Positions 24,546-37,340 are shown, numbered from the stretch's first letter. The stretch is 64,000 nt of DNA from Heteronotia binoei (GCF_032191835.1 NC_083234.1:48918001-48982000), one strand, 5' to 3'. The notes: generated by a model not told the origin, from the letters alone. A program made the numbers and translations.

Positions 24546-27500
24546 GGTTCAGGATTTTGTGCCTTTCAGCAGTACATTATGAATCACTTTTCTTACTAAT
24601 CCCTGGCCATTTTCACACGAATTATCAACCCTGGGTTCAATACTGTTAGAAAGCAGAGGTCCCCCCCACCCTGTTTCCTCACAACATTGTAGTCCATTCG
24701 TGTATTTCCTTGAATTTTGCAAGCTTTAGTTTTAGGGAAGATCACAGTAAAGCCTATATTCAATTGCTGATTTGAGAACAAATGAAAAAAGCAGCAGCAC
24801 TGCCAGTGGCCTGGAAAAGGGGGAATGGTTACTGCTAGGGGACCAAGGCAAAGATACCTGCCACATGAAAGCCCCATTGCCACTGCACTGTATCAGTAGC
24901 CACAACAGCAACGGAGAAATTATATAAGCCTGTCCTCAAGTAGAAGCTACCCCTTATACACTGCAAAATCAACCTTAAGATGAGGGTTTCAAAAAGATAT
25001 GTATATACTACTAATATTCACATGTTCTAAATCGATATTCATTTGGTAAAGGCCTAGGCTAACCCACTAGGATGGAGAAATTGAATTCTACCCCCATCCA
25101 CTTGTTCAACCTCTGAGTCACCAAAGATCACAAACATGTCATAATTCATAGTGGCAGCCAAATCCCAGCACCCTCTAAGTGCAACTGTTGCTTGCTGCTT
25201 TGTGACAGAGATCCAGTGAGGTCTGAGTGTAGGGCAATGATCTGGGAGACCCAGGCTCAAATCCCTCCTTCCCCATGGAAGCTTGCTGGGTGACCTTGGG
25301 CCAACCACACACTCTCAGCCTAATCTATCTCATGAGGCTGTAATGAGGACAAAGTCATCTTGGGTCCACAGTAGGGAGAAAGGCAGAGAATAAATGAAAT
25401 TTAAAAATGGCAGGTCACAGCAGTTGTGCATACAGTTCACTGCACAGCATGGCTTACTAGAAAAAAAAGAGGCATGAATTTAAGGTTCTGTCAGCTCCCA
25501 CAGCTCTGCTGTAGGCGAAGGCTTGATCAACTGGACTACCACCGATACTGCTAGAAAGCCTTCAGGCAACATTCAAAGCCCCCACCAACTATGCTGTCCA
25601 TTGAGGGCAGACTGCTATCACCCACTGCGATAGCAGAATGTCCTATTGGATGCCTGTGCAGAGCTCCCAGCCAGTCAGGAAGGAGTCCTGGGCACCAACT
25701 GAGGCTAGAGGAAAATGAGCAATTGAAGGGATGGGAGAAGTTAGAATTGCAGATGGTAAATGAGCAGTCTTCTAAACAGCTTGTGTGTGTGGAATGCAGC
25801 TTGACCTCTTAAAACAGGGATGGACTTTTGGGGGAGTTTTTGCCTGAGGGGGCACACCTGGGCAGAACTTCTGGTGCTGGTAACAGAAAGAGCCAGTGCC
25901 TAGGTCAGAGCCCTCAGGAGGAGCCCCAGATGTGGCTTATTCTCCAACACTATTGCTTTTAATGTCCCAGTCCTTGGGCTGTTTAAGAATTAACTAGCAG
26001 ATGAGGATGTCTGAAAAGCCAATGCTGGGCCAGATGAAAAACTCTCAAGGGCAAGATGCAGTCCTTAGCCTGTAATTTGCCTGCTCCATTTCTACTATCA
26101 GTTCTGCCTTTTCTGCAGGGCAGCCCAAAATTTCCAGATTCAACCCCACTGCAGCTGGTATGTGGAAGGAAGATTGAAAGCAGTATGGATGCCAGCCTCC
26201 AGGTGGGGCCTGGGGACCCCCCAGAATTACAGCTCATCTCTAGACTACAGAGATAAGTTCCTCTTAGGGTTGCCAGGTCCCCTCACCTGTCCAGCAGCGA
26301 GATTTGGGGGGAATTCCAGGGGTGGACAGGGATGTCATGTGACATTCCCAACACAATGACACCACCCAGAAATGACATCATTGCATTGAGGCTGTTGTGC
26401 GGGGATGCTCTGCTATTTGAGAGAACTGTTTGTTTTCCTGTCAAAATCATAGGTTGCCTAAAAACTAAAGCATCCCTCGTGTGATGACATCACTTCAAGG
26501 TGACACTATCATGTCAGGAATGTTGCCTGGTGACATCCCTGTTTAGGGTAGGGGTTCCCCCCACTGGCCAGCTTGTCCCCAACAGAGAGGAGCCCCTGAA
26601 ACAACCCTAGTTCGCCTGGATAAAATGGATGCTTTGGAGAGCGGACTCTATGGCATTGTAACCCACTTAGGTCCCTGTCCTCCCCAGAATCCAAGCCCAA
26701 ATTTTCAAGAGTTTTCCAACGTGGATTTGGCAACCCTGCCCCTCATCTGCTGCTGGTGGTCATGGGGGACCTGGCAACCCCAGTAATAACTAACTCCACG
26801 CCCCCTGATTCATAGGATGGTGTTAAAAGTTGTGTATTGCTGACTGGAGGATGAGAATGAAAGTTACTAATTGCTTGGGGGAAGGGGTGCAACGTCTAGT
26901 CCACCTCACTGGCATCATTCTCTTTGCCATCTCCACTGCATCTGATCCTTTAGGTGCCGGATAGTATGAAATGGCTTCTTTCATTTGCATCTCTGTTCAT
27001 AAATTCTTCTAAATCTTTGTTTTTCAGGCCATTCATGAGATGCCCTTAAGATCTCCTTAGCAAGCTGACTTTACAAGCCTGTTCGACCCTTTGTTCCAAT
27101 ACTGTCTGCCTCACCTCTCTTCCCAAGGGACCTCACTTTCCGTAACAAACATCAGGTGATTTCTCTGAAAATGTCATGACTAGTTTAGCCAGGCCTCAAA
27201 GTGGATTAACTAAATGGCCAAATAGACAGGGGAAACCAATAAATGCAATTAAACTGAGCATCAATCATGTGGCTCTCAGTGAGCTTCCATTATCATGTGG
27301 CCCACTGCCCTTGACCCAGAATGCACTGCTTTCATGTGTTAATTTGTTCTACCTGCTAGTGCAAACTTTTCCAGGGTTAGGAGTGGGCAAGCTACAGCCA
27401 AAAGGCAGTTCAAAACCTTATGTCTAACTGTTGGTCCCCTTAATGGGTTTGCATGCAGAGATAGTCAAGGAGAAAAACTGGGGCTATTAGGACAGTGAAG

Positions 27501-29919
27501 ACCATCCTGCCCTTGTGAAACCACTCAGAACTTTTCCTACAAACCCACGAGATCTGCAGCTTAGTGCTGTCTGTGCTTACAATGAAGCTGGCCCCACTGA
27601 CTTCCATAGGATAAGTAAGGATTGCAGCTTTAAAAGGAAAATGCATGTACAGGGAAAGCACATTATTTGACTTTGCAAAGATGTACCTGTGAAGAAAAGT
27701 ACAAAGGATACTGCAGTGATTAAACATGGGAGTATACAATCCGATCATGTTGATTTTCAGTACTGTCTGTGTTCTATTTGGTTTTTTTAAATTTCAGAAA
27801 TCTACAAACGTACGTTTTCTTGGGCAGAGCTCAACATTTCAGAGGCTAATCAAAGGAAATGTTGGTAAACTGATATACAAGCTGCTACCAACAAAGGATA
27901 GAAAAACACGTAAGGAAGAGTTTCATAGATGTTGCCCAGAACAATAAACAAGAGCAATCAAAAAACAACACAGAGCAACTGTTGTAGGTCTAACATCCCA
28001 TTCTGTGAGCAGTTTCAGCCAAATAGTTAAGGACCAGAGCGTTTTTTTGAGCAGGAACACACAGGAATGCAGTTCTGGCTGGCTTGGCATCAGGGGGTGT
28101 GGCCTAATATGCAAATATGTTCCTGCTGGGCCATACATCTATGTGCAATCACTGGAACATGGTAACAGATCCTGCAGGCATACAAATTCCATGTACACAG
28201 GCTGTCTCCACGGGGATGATGCTTTTTCAAACACTCCTTTCACAGGAATGGAGCCTATGTGCATACAGTTTATATGCACGTAGATACCATCCTTATTTTC
28301 CAGAGATTATAGATAGGCAGGGGAGGGACCACCTAATCCAGTTGGCAGACGGCTGGGGCAAGCTGTATTTTACATGGCTGTGTCACCCAAAGAGCAATAC
28401 AACATCTATGGCTTCTCTTCTATACACACCTTCAGTGTATTACAAAAGATGCAGTTTAGAACCTGTTTGGGATTGTTTGCCCTTAAAAAAATAAAATAAA
28501 ACTTCTACATCAAAAGAAAGCTGAATTCCTTCATATGTAAGTTAAATAAATTAATATAATTTCTCACTTTGCAGAATTTATTCCAGTTTTTTAAAATATG
28601 TTGCGTTATGTACTTTACATCTGTTAATTTCTCCTCCTGGTCACAGGAAATTACTTATCTGACATTCTGGAAAGTATTGTCCATACACTTTCCACACCGA
28701 AGGATGAGAGACTTTTTTTGTCTTAGTAACGGGTAGAAGATGAATTCTGGATTCAGTGCTTTCAGTGCTCCAGCAGAATTGTAGCATATAGTGAGCCGTA
28801 GTAAAAAAAGCATTCCTGATTGAAGCTCTGGTGCACTAACAGTAAAATCCTAAATTGAATTAGACCCTTCTAAGCGCATTAATTTCAGTGGACTTGGAAA
28901 GGTGGAACTCTGCTGAGCATAGCTCTGTAAATGCACAATATGTGCTAGAGAGGCCTAGAACTCCTGAGAGATGAATGTCTTTTTGCCAAACCTACCCCAT
29001 CCCTTTCTTTTTTTTCATCATGTCCCCATTTTGCATTTGGCTTGCCCAGCTGCCACCAGCAACTTCACATTAGAAGGTGCCTCCAAAAAGCATCCTCCAG
29101 CAGCCTAGCAGCAGCAACGCACAGAGGGATTATTTTTCAGATGGCAGAATTAAAATGGTCTCTGAAGAGACCTTGGTCATTAATGAATTACAGGGGGAAG
29201 AAAATATACTATGATATTTCATATTCCTTTCTACTGCAACCTGTTTTATTGCTAGTTCTCCTTTTGCCTCCTAAGCACATTTTCTAGTTGCGTCCTCCCC
29301 ACCCCAATTTGGCTTGTCTTGAGGGTAGACCATAACTACTTGAAGGCGCATTTTCATAGGGTATGGTCTTTGTCTCTAGCGGCTAGACAAAGCCATTCAA
29401 GTGGGATCTTTGCTTCATGCAGTCCAAGACTGTCTGCTTTGACAGGCAAGCAGCTCTTCATGGTCTTTCCCAGCCCTGCTATTTTATGTAGCCTTTTAGG
29501 ATATTTGTAAACTGTGCTCTCAGAAAAGAAAAGAAAAAAAAAGACTAAACAAACCCCTGTAACTCACACCAGCCCACACTCCTGAGACTGAATTCTTACA
29601 CTATTTGAAGTTCACACAGTCTTCAAAAGCTGTCCTGCATAGAATACATTACAGTCATCTAATCTGGATACAATCTGAGAATGGATAACTGACAATACAT
29701 CTTGCTTTCAAGGAAAGACTGTAGCTAGTGAACCAGACTGTTCATCCACACAAGGACTTTTGCTCAGATATGACTTGGGAGTTCTGTACTCAGAATTTAA
29801 TTCTAATGCATGGTGGATCCTGACTGGACCATTGTGTGCAGGAAGAAACATCTTAAGTCTTCTCACCCATACTGTTTTCCTGAACTCCACCCCCCCTTTC
29901 TACTTGCCTGATTTGGAAA

Positions 29920-30142
29920 AAACAGGTTTCTTACCTGTAACTGATGATCTTTGAGTGGTCATCTGTGCAGTCACACACATGGGTTATCCGCCAGGATCGA
30001 ACCTGACCTCAGAGAATTCAAAGCAATCTTAGAGCATTAATTTTGGTGCGCACTTCCTCTCGTCCAGGGGAGGAGGCATCCACTGCGCGTGCCTAGAACG
30101 AGAGGGAAGCACTCCACCCACCCAGTTTCTTCCCACCGCCGT
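29920..30142 (-). repeat. DIRS right (3') inverted terminal repeat with unique terminal extension
   Basis: Reverse complement of 35470-35666 with scattered mismatches, plus an extra ~25-nt end AAACAGGTTTCTTACCTGTAACTG. Confidence 0.92.
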
Positions 30143-30200
30143 ATAGGAGGGAAATTTTGAATCAGGAACAAGAAGCCAGCAGCGGGGAAGGTTGGGCGGG

Positions 30201-30298
30201 CATGTGTGACTGCACAGATGACCACTCGAAGATTATCAGTTACAGGTAAGAAACCTGTTTATCTTCATTGTGGTCTCTGTGCAGTCCCACACATGGGT
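30201..30298 (-). repeat. DIRS internal complementary region (ICR)
   Basis: 30201-30260 is complementary to 29920-29981 and 30261-30298 is complementary to ~35629-35666; the two halves join as CCTGTTT|ATCTTC. Confidence 0.93.
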
Positions 30299-30410
30299 GA
30301 CTGGCAAGCTAATCTGTCCGGAGGTGGGTGCTGGATCTGTAACCAAAGGACAAGGTTAGTTATGCATATAAGAAGCAATAGTGTACTTACAGCGTAGATG
30401 ACTGGAGACA

Positions 30411-31845
30411 TCAGTCAAAAATGGATCGTAGTACAGCCTGCCCGAAGGACGCGTCACGCCGAGCACGGACGTCTAAAGCGTAGTGCGAGGCAAACGTAGA
30501 TGGAGACAACCAGACCGCAGTGGCAGATGTCTTCCATCGGAACGCCCTTACAGAAGGCTGATGAAGTAGCAATGGCTCTAGTGGAATGAGCTCGTAAATG
30601 TTCAGGTATAGGCTGTTTAGCCAGTCGAAAGCGTAATGTAATAGCAGCCACAATCCATTTTGAAAATCTCTGTGTTGAGATTTTATTGCCTTGGTTGTGG
30701 GTTGCATATGCTACAAAGAGTCTAGTGTCATTTCGAAATGGACGTGTCCGCTCAATATAAAAAGCAAGGGCCCTACGTACGTCCAGATTGTGTAGGGTCT
30801 GTTGACCAGTGTCGGCAGGGTTTTGAAAAAAGGCAGGTAGCGTAGATGGCTTTCCTAGATGAAATGGTGAGACTACCTTGGGTAGAAAAGAAAGGTCAGG
30901 CCGTAAAACGACTCTATCATGATTAAAAATAGTGTATGGAGGATCTACTCTGAAAGCGCATATGTCGCTGGCTCTTCTGCAAGAAGTAAGCGCTACTAGC
31001 AAGGCCATCTTCCAGGAGAGGAGATGCATAGGAATGGATGCCATGGGCTCAAAGGGTGGCTTCATTAGTTGGCTCAGCACAAGAGACAGGCTCCAGATGG
31101 GATGAAATGGATGGATTGAGGGATGAAGGTGCAGAATCCCCTTCAGGAAGGCTTTAGTAGCATAGTGGGAGAAAACAGTGCACCTTTCGATGTGCGGATG
31201 GAATGCAGAGATGGCTGCTAAGTAGACCTTCAGAGAAGAGTACGACAGTCCTGAGTTAGAGAGGGACAGAGTGTATGTCAGGATCTGAGCTATAGTGGAG
31301 AGTTCAGGCTTGAAGTTGTGTAGAACAGTGTAAATGGAAAAACGTTTCCATTTCAAATAATAAGATTTTCTGGTGGCAGGTTTTTTTGCGTTGAGTAGGA
31401 CATGACGAACGTCCGATGGAAAATTCAGAAACTGATTTTCCAGGCAGTCAATCTTCGAAGTCCCGGATTGTGGTGCAGAACCTTGCCTTCTTGTTGGGAA
31501 ATCAAGTCCTGAACTTGAGGAAGTCGGAGGAACGTGCTGTTCGAGAGGAGAAGGAGAGTAGTGAACCAGGGTTGACAGGGCCACCACGGTGTAATCAGGA
31601 TGCAATTGGTCTGATCTAGCTTTATCTTTTGCAACACTCTCGTGATGAGAGGAATTGGTGGAAATAGATAATGCAATGACCCGGACCATTGATGGAGGAA
31701 GGTGTCTCCTGCAGATAGCTGGGATGGAGGACCCTGAGTGTAGAAGTACGGACACTGGGCGTTGTCTGGAGATGCAAAGACATCTATTTTCGGAACTCCA
31801 AAAATTTTGAAAACTGTGTACAGGTAGCGAGGGTTGAGAGCCCAT
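30411..31845 (-). pseudogene. DIRS tyrosine recombinase (one frameshift near 30525)
   Basis: ATRKSYYLKWKRF, LKVYLAAISAFH, LVALTSCRRASDI (catalytic R), DVRRAL, AHSTRA (HxxR); W..STFASHY (catalytic Y) lies in the alternate frame 30411-30707. Confidence 0.93.
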
Positions 31846-33310
31846 TTGTGGTCATTGACTAGATGATGACTCAGCGTGTCCGCTTGAACATTTTGGACTC
31901 CTGGCAGATGCACCGCTGTCAGGAAAATGCCGTGAACGATACTCCAGTGCCATAGGGATAGGGCTCGTTTGCACAGTCGAACAGAGGCTGTGCCTCCCTG
32001 TCGATTGATATAGAAAACAGTGGCTACATTGTCGGAGGTGACTTGAATGTGACTACTGTGAAGAGATGGCAGAAAGGACCTCAGAGCTCTGTGGACCGCT
32101 AGGAGCTCTAGGCAATTGATGTGAAGGGATCTCTCGTAATCCGTCCATTGTCCCTGAACTGTCAACATTCCCAAGTGGGCTCCCCATCCCCACTTGGAGG
32201 CGTCAGTCATGACAATCACAGATGGCGGTGTTCATATGAATGGCATTCCTGCCAAGAGATGACGATCCACCGTCCACCATTTTAGAGATGGGATAATGTG
32301 GGATGGGACTGTAAGTAGAGTCATTTGGTGTTGCCAGTGTGGATAAAATGTCCGGATGAACCACAGTTGAAGAGGGTGCATATGAAGTCTTGCAAAACAG
32401 AGGACAGAGGTGATGGCCGCCATGAGACCTAACATCTGTTGGAAGATGAAGGCTGTTTGGGTACGTTGCATGATTATGGTATTGGCAAAGGATTGGATAT
32501 GATGCACTCTGCTGGGAGGTAGGCCTTGTGTGATATTGTTGACAGACGTGCCCCTATAAATTGTATGTTCTGTGTGGGATTCAGGTTGGATTTTGCAAGA
32601 TTGACCTGAAGACTTAGCGCAGCCAGGAGGGACAGAGCAGACGAAATGTCCTTCTGAAGTTGCTCTTTGGTTTGAGCTACTACCAGCCAATAGTCTATAT
32701 AAGGGTAAATGGAGATGTGCTGTTGCCAGAGTACAGCTGCCACCACCGCCATACATTTCGTGAAGACTCTCAGTGCTGTCGAGAGACCGAAGGGGAGAGC
32801 GCGGAACTGGTAGTGTTGATCTCCAATAGCAAATCTGAGAAATCTTCTGTGGTGGTGATTGATGGTGAGGTGGAAGTAGGCATCTTGTAGGTCTATGGAT
32901 GCCATCCAGGCCTGCTCTGGAATCAGTGGTAGGATAGATTGCAGAGAGATCATGCAGAATTTTTTGTAGCGAAATGGAGATTGAGTTTTCAAAGATCCAT
33001 TATAGGGCGCTGCCCCCCGTCCCTCTTTGGAACCAGAAAGTAGCGGGAGTAAAATCCTGTGTGATGGAACTGAGGTGGGACTGGTTCTATAGCTCCCTTG
33101 TCCAGCAAGGCAGCGATTGTAGAGGAAGAGAGGGGGGTGTAGGTATGAACCTGTGGAGTTTTGGAGGCGAATCGAACTCTATGGTGTAGCCCCTGTGGAT
33201 GATCACCAGGACCCATGAATCCGATGTTATGGATTCCCACATGGGGTAGAATGGTCGTAGTCTGGTGGTGTCTTGTTGCAGCTGATTGAGAGGTAGAGGA
33301 GAGGAGTCAA
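31425..33310 (-). pseudogene. DIRS pol: reverse transcriptase, RNase H and adenine-methyltransferase-like domain; frameshifts and TGA stops
   Basis: WESITSDSWVL..GYTIEF, FYSRYFLVPKRDGG, IDLQDAYFH, FRALPFGL, YPYIDY (YxDD altered), TDASKWGWG, HINCLEL, SDN..YINRQGG, IDVFAS, YLFPP; stops at 32989-32991 and 32232-32234. Confidence 0.94.
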
Positions 33311-35290
33311 AGAGACTGCTTTGGAGTCAGTGTTGTCTTCTTTGAGGTTTGTGGACGTGCTCTTTGCTGAAATGGTTGTTTTGCCGGAGGAGCCTTACGT
33401 TTCCAGAATTCAGCTTTTCGAAGAGATCAGGAACATTTGTAGTATGATGGTTTCCAGGTTCTCTGCCGATTGGGAGTTATTCAACAGCAATCCCAACCCA
33501 ATCTTTTAGCCCTTTTCCTACTGTCATCAACAGTGATTAAAATATCATCTGTGGTGGCATTAAAGAGACCCTGGCCGTCGAAAGGTAAGTCCTTTATCTT
33601 GAATTTGATGTCAGGTTGCAGTGACGAGGACCTGAGCCAGGCATGACGGCGTAGAGCAATCGATGTAGCCATAGTCCTAGATGAGCATGCCACAGCATGA
33701 CGCACTGTGTTAATTTGTTGCTTGCTGATGCGAGAAAGCTCCTGAAGGATGAGATGTTGGTGGAACCGAAGCAGGTTTGTCCCATGCCTCCTTCAAGGCT
33801 TCCAAATGGACTGGAAGCATCAAGAGAAAAGAACCTGCCGGCAGGTCTGCATGTACTAAGTCGTGGACTACATCCGACACTCTAGGTGCGTCAGTAGTCA
33901 GTTTAATATTAAGTGTACTTGCCATGTTGGATAGAAAATCTAAGTAAGATTTAGAACCCTCTGAGGGTGAGAGGTCAGCAGGCTTGATGATGTCGGAGGC
34001 TGGTGAAGGAGGAGCTGAGGCTGAAGAATGGGAGGAATCCGATTGTTCCGCTTCAGATTCTTCCTGAGTTTCAATGGACGTATCAATAGGCTTGGTAATT
34101 ATTGATATCTGTTTCGTCAGCAGAGAAGACTGTTCCGTCTGTTTAGGAAAGACCAAACACACCGAAGTCGATCTAGCTGGAGACAATGGTTTTGATACCA
34201 TAGTGTAATGCTTAGGGCGTCGATAGGGACTTTCACAGGGTCGGTAAGAAATGTCCTCACGGTACCGTAGACAATCCTCGCAGTATGCGTGCTCTTGATG
34301 TGTGGGATGATAAAGCGCTTCACGGTCCCGAGGGTCCTCACGGTCCCGAGGGTCTTCATGGTACTGATACTGATGTGAATCCGAGGAAGGTGACCTATAA
34401 TATCGTTGATACCTGCAAGGAGATGGTGATCTGGACCGCAATGGGCTATAATAATAATAGCGTTCCCTGTGATGACTTGGAGATCTTTCAGCTCAGACTC
34501 AAGTGGATGGCTCTCTTGGTGTCGAAGGTTCTCTTAAGAGTGGAGATGCAGGTGTCGCTATCTGCTGTTTGCTAGGCGTCCGTTGTCTGCTAGGCATCGA
34601 GACTTCCCGAAAGGAGTCTGTGCTGAGAAGATTGGCACATTGACTTTTATGTGATTCTGGAGATTCGGTGTTGAGGATATTCTCTGGCAATGACCCATGA
34701 AGTGATGGGGACCGAGAATGAATATGGACGATCTCGAGAGGTACGGTATCGATGGGCACCGAGACCTCTGATGAAGTTGATGCCGTCTGTATTGAAGTCG
34801 AGGTGCAGACAGTCGGGTGGGATTCAGAAGTCATGGTGGGAGACTTCGAATCCGAGGACCCATGGCTTGTCTTTGATTTGGTTTTCGGTGGTGTCAAAAT
34901 CGAGGGATCTTTAGAAGTCGATTCTGTGTGATGTTTCTTTCTAGAATCGTCAGACTTCTAGTGTTTCCCAGACTTAAGCTTGCTGGGAACCGAAGCCACG
35001 GAAGCTGCCGGTCGAGCCACTTCCTTTTGAGTAGGTAGGGAAGATGGCGAGGTTTGGGATCCCAAAGTATGGGATATAGTAGGGCGCAGTGACGACTCCA
35101 GCAAATGACTTCTGAGTCTAGCCGCGCGGTTTTTTCTTGCTTGCTTTCCGAATTGGCTACAACGCAGGCAAGTGTCGGTACGATGGGCCTCACCCAGACA
35201 AAAAAGGCACAAAGAATGTCCATCTGTGGATGGGATTTTTGAGTCGCACCGAACACACTTCTTAAAAGTGATTTTGTCTTTCCCTTCCAT
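33307..35290 (-). pseudogene. DIRS gag-like ORF1 (fragmented), with an N-terminal Cys/His finger and a C-terminal LAP2alpha-like region
   Basis: MEGKDKITFKKCVRCDSKIPSTDGHSLCLFCLGEAHRTDTCLRC; Ser/Arg/Pro-rich middle; IALRRHAWLRSS..LPFDGQGLF; ends KQSL* at 33307. Confidence 0.88.
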
Positions 35291-35469
35291 CCGCCCGGGG
35301 GGAGGGGAAGGGACGAAGGTAGAAATAGGGTAGAAAGATGATTCTTTTTTTTTAACGATACCGGTGAAGTTGGAGAAGAAGACAAAGACAAACGATGAGG
35401 AGAAAATGCAATAAAACAAGGTGAAGATTGCAATGAAGAAAGGAGACTCAGCGAGGTAGGTGTATCCTG

Positions 35470-35666
35470 GGCGGCGGTAAAGAAGAAACTGGGTGGGTGG
35501 AGTGCCTTCCTCTCGTTCTAGGCATGCGCAGTGGATGCCTCCTCCCCGGGACGAGAGGAAGTGTGCGCCAAAATTAACGCTCTAAGATTGCTTTGAATTC
35601 TCTGAGGTTGGGTTTGACCTGGCGGATAACCCATGTATGGGACTGCACAGAGACCACGATGAAGAT
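35470..35666 (-). repeat. DIRS left (5') inverted terminal repeat
   Basis: Inverted copy of ~29945-30142. Confidence 0.92.
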
Positions 35667-36559
35667 CCTACTTATACTGATTGGCTATGTGTAAGTTTCC
35701 CCAGAGGGCAAATAGCTCCCCTGTGTCTGTTTTGGGCCAGGATACAGTGCAGGGAAGAAAGCTTCAGCCTCTTTCCCAGAGCACCACCCAAGTCCCAATC
35801 AGAACTTAATTCAAAACACAGATCTTTCAAGGTGCATCTGATCAACCATCCTTGAGGTGGATTTGGGGAGGATGCAAGGATAATGTAACCTGTACTTAAG
35901 CCTTTAATCTTTTAGCAATTAAGGGTCAGTCTGCTGGTCCTCATTCAACCCATGTCCACCTCTAGAGGCTCCTTCAGGACATCTAATGATTCCTCTGGCT
36001 CTGAGGACCAAGCTAGACATGCTGAAGTATTCATGGCCAGCATGAGGACACTGCTGCCATTCCAAAGTCATTGTAAAATGCTAATCCTGATTAGGGCTAC
36101 AGCACACCAGACTGAAGTACTCTTATTACTATTTATTACATTTCTGAATCGCCTCATCCTGGCTGATGCCCCCCCCCCAATGTATTTTCAAGTGCTGAAA
36201 GAGCCTCACCCCCTCCATGGCTATTTAGGTACTTGAAAAAGCACAAGGGGGGAATAAGTGTGCTGTGCAGCTGCCCTTGTCAGGATTGAGACCTTGTGAC
36301 ATTTTAAAATGACTTTAAAATGGCAGCACCATCCTTGTGGTAGTCACAGGGATACCATCACATCTAGCTTGGCCCTGAAGATAAGGAGAAAGCGTTGAAT
36401 GTCTTCAACATACCAACAGCACTTCAAACTTCCAGACAAATCCTACTAGTGGTTTCAGTTAGATTTTAATCAACAAAGGCGGCAGGATGGAACCCTTTCA
36501 GACTCCACAGTGTATATGCTGTTGAGCTGAGCAGCTATTCCCACCACCATTTTCTCAAA

Positions 36560-37340
36560 TCCATCAGCCAATCAGGGTTGGAACCATCAGAGCATGGTGC
36601 CCCAATATTTATCTCAGCCTACTGTTCCAGAGGACACCATGGTTGATGGTACTGAAAGATCCAGGAGGATCAAAAACGCAGCATTCCCTTTCTCTCTCAT
36701 ACTGATATCTGCTGGTTCAACCAAGTCAGCTTCACAAAGCCAACCAGTAAATTGGATTGAAATTGACCTGGATCATCCACTTTATTCAAGAATGCCTGGA
36801 GCTGCAAGGGGGATATTTGCTGCCAGATGGTGGTTATTAAAGGAGGTCAGGGATGGTTTTTTCAGGAAGGGTTTCATGACCAAGTCCTTTGAGATGGCTG
36901 ATACTCAAGTCTTTAAACATTCATTATTTCTGGGACCCAACAGAACAATCTTTTTGGGCAGGACGGTACACCACAGGCCAAAACAGGAAAGGTTGGAGCA
37001 CAGACGAGTCTGGCTGCATGCATTCAAAGAACTTGTCTACGCCTTTTGTGCCCTGGTAACTAAAAGTCATCCAAGCAGCTGTGACCTGCAATACTAGTGG
37101 CATTCAAGTGGTAGCAGGTACCACCCACCCCATGCTTGGCAAACAAGTCATAACAAGCCCCCACATTTTCCAGGCCTACACCACCAGTACCCTGATGGAA
37201 AAGTCCCTTCATCTTTCAGAACAACAACTTGGCCGGATGGCATTACATAAACATGATAGTGGCAGGGAACAGCCTACAGTGGGTGACACTAGGGATGGAA
37301 CTGGGAAACTTGTGCATACATGCTCCGCCTGAGCTATATC
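36560..37340 (-). mobile_element. Degraded L2-clade LINE reverse-transcriptase fragment
   Basis: Minus-strand translation with frameshifts gives QLQAFLNKVDDPGQFQS..FLILLDLS..INHGVLW; extent toward 37340 is approximate. Confidence 0.7.

Larger units (their letters stand above)
29920..35666 (-). mobile_element. Full-length DIRS1-type tyrosine-recombinase retrotransposon with decayed ORFs, inside the ADD2 5' intron region
   Basis: gag, RT/RNaseH/MT and YR in DIRS order; inverted terminal repeats ~29920-30142 and ~35470-35666; ICR 30201-30298; no TSD. Confidence 0.96.

Noticed and set aside
30411-33310. Bacterial prophage/integron or retron reading of recombinase + methylase + RT
   Set aside because: Domain order, ITR/ICR structure and intronic eukaryotic context identify a DIRS retrotransposon
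36594-37097. 167-aa plus-strand ORF as a novel or viral gene
   Set aside because: It is the antisense shadow of a decayed L2 RT fragment
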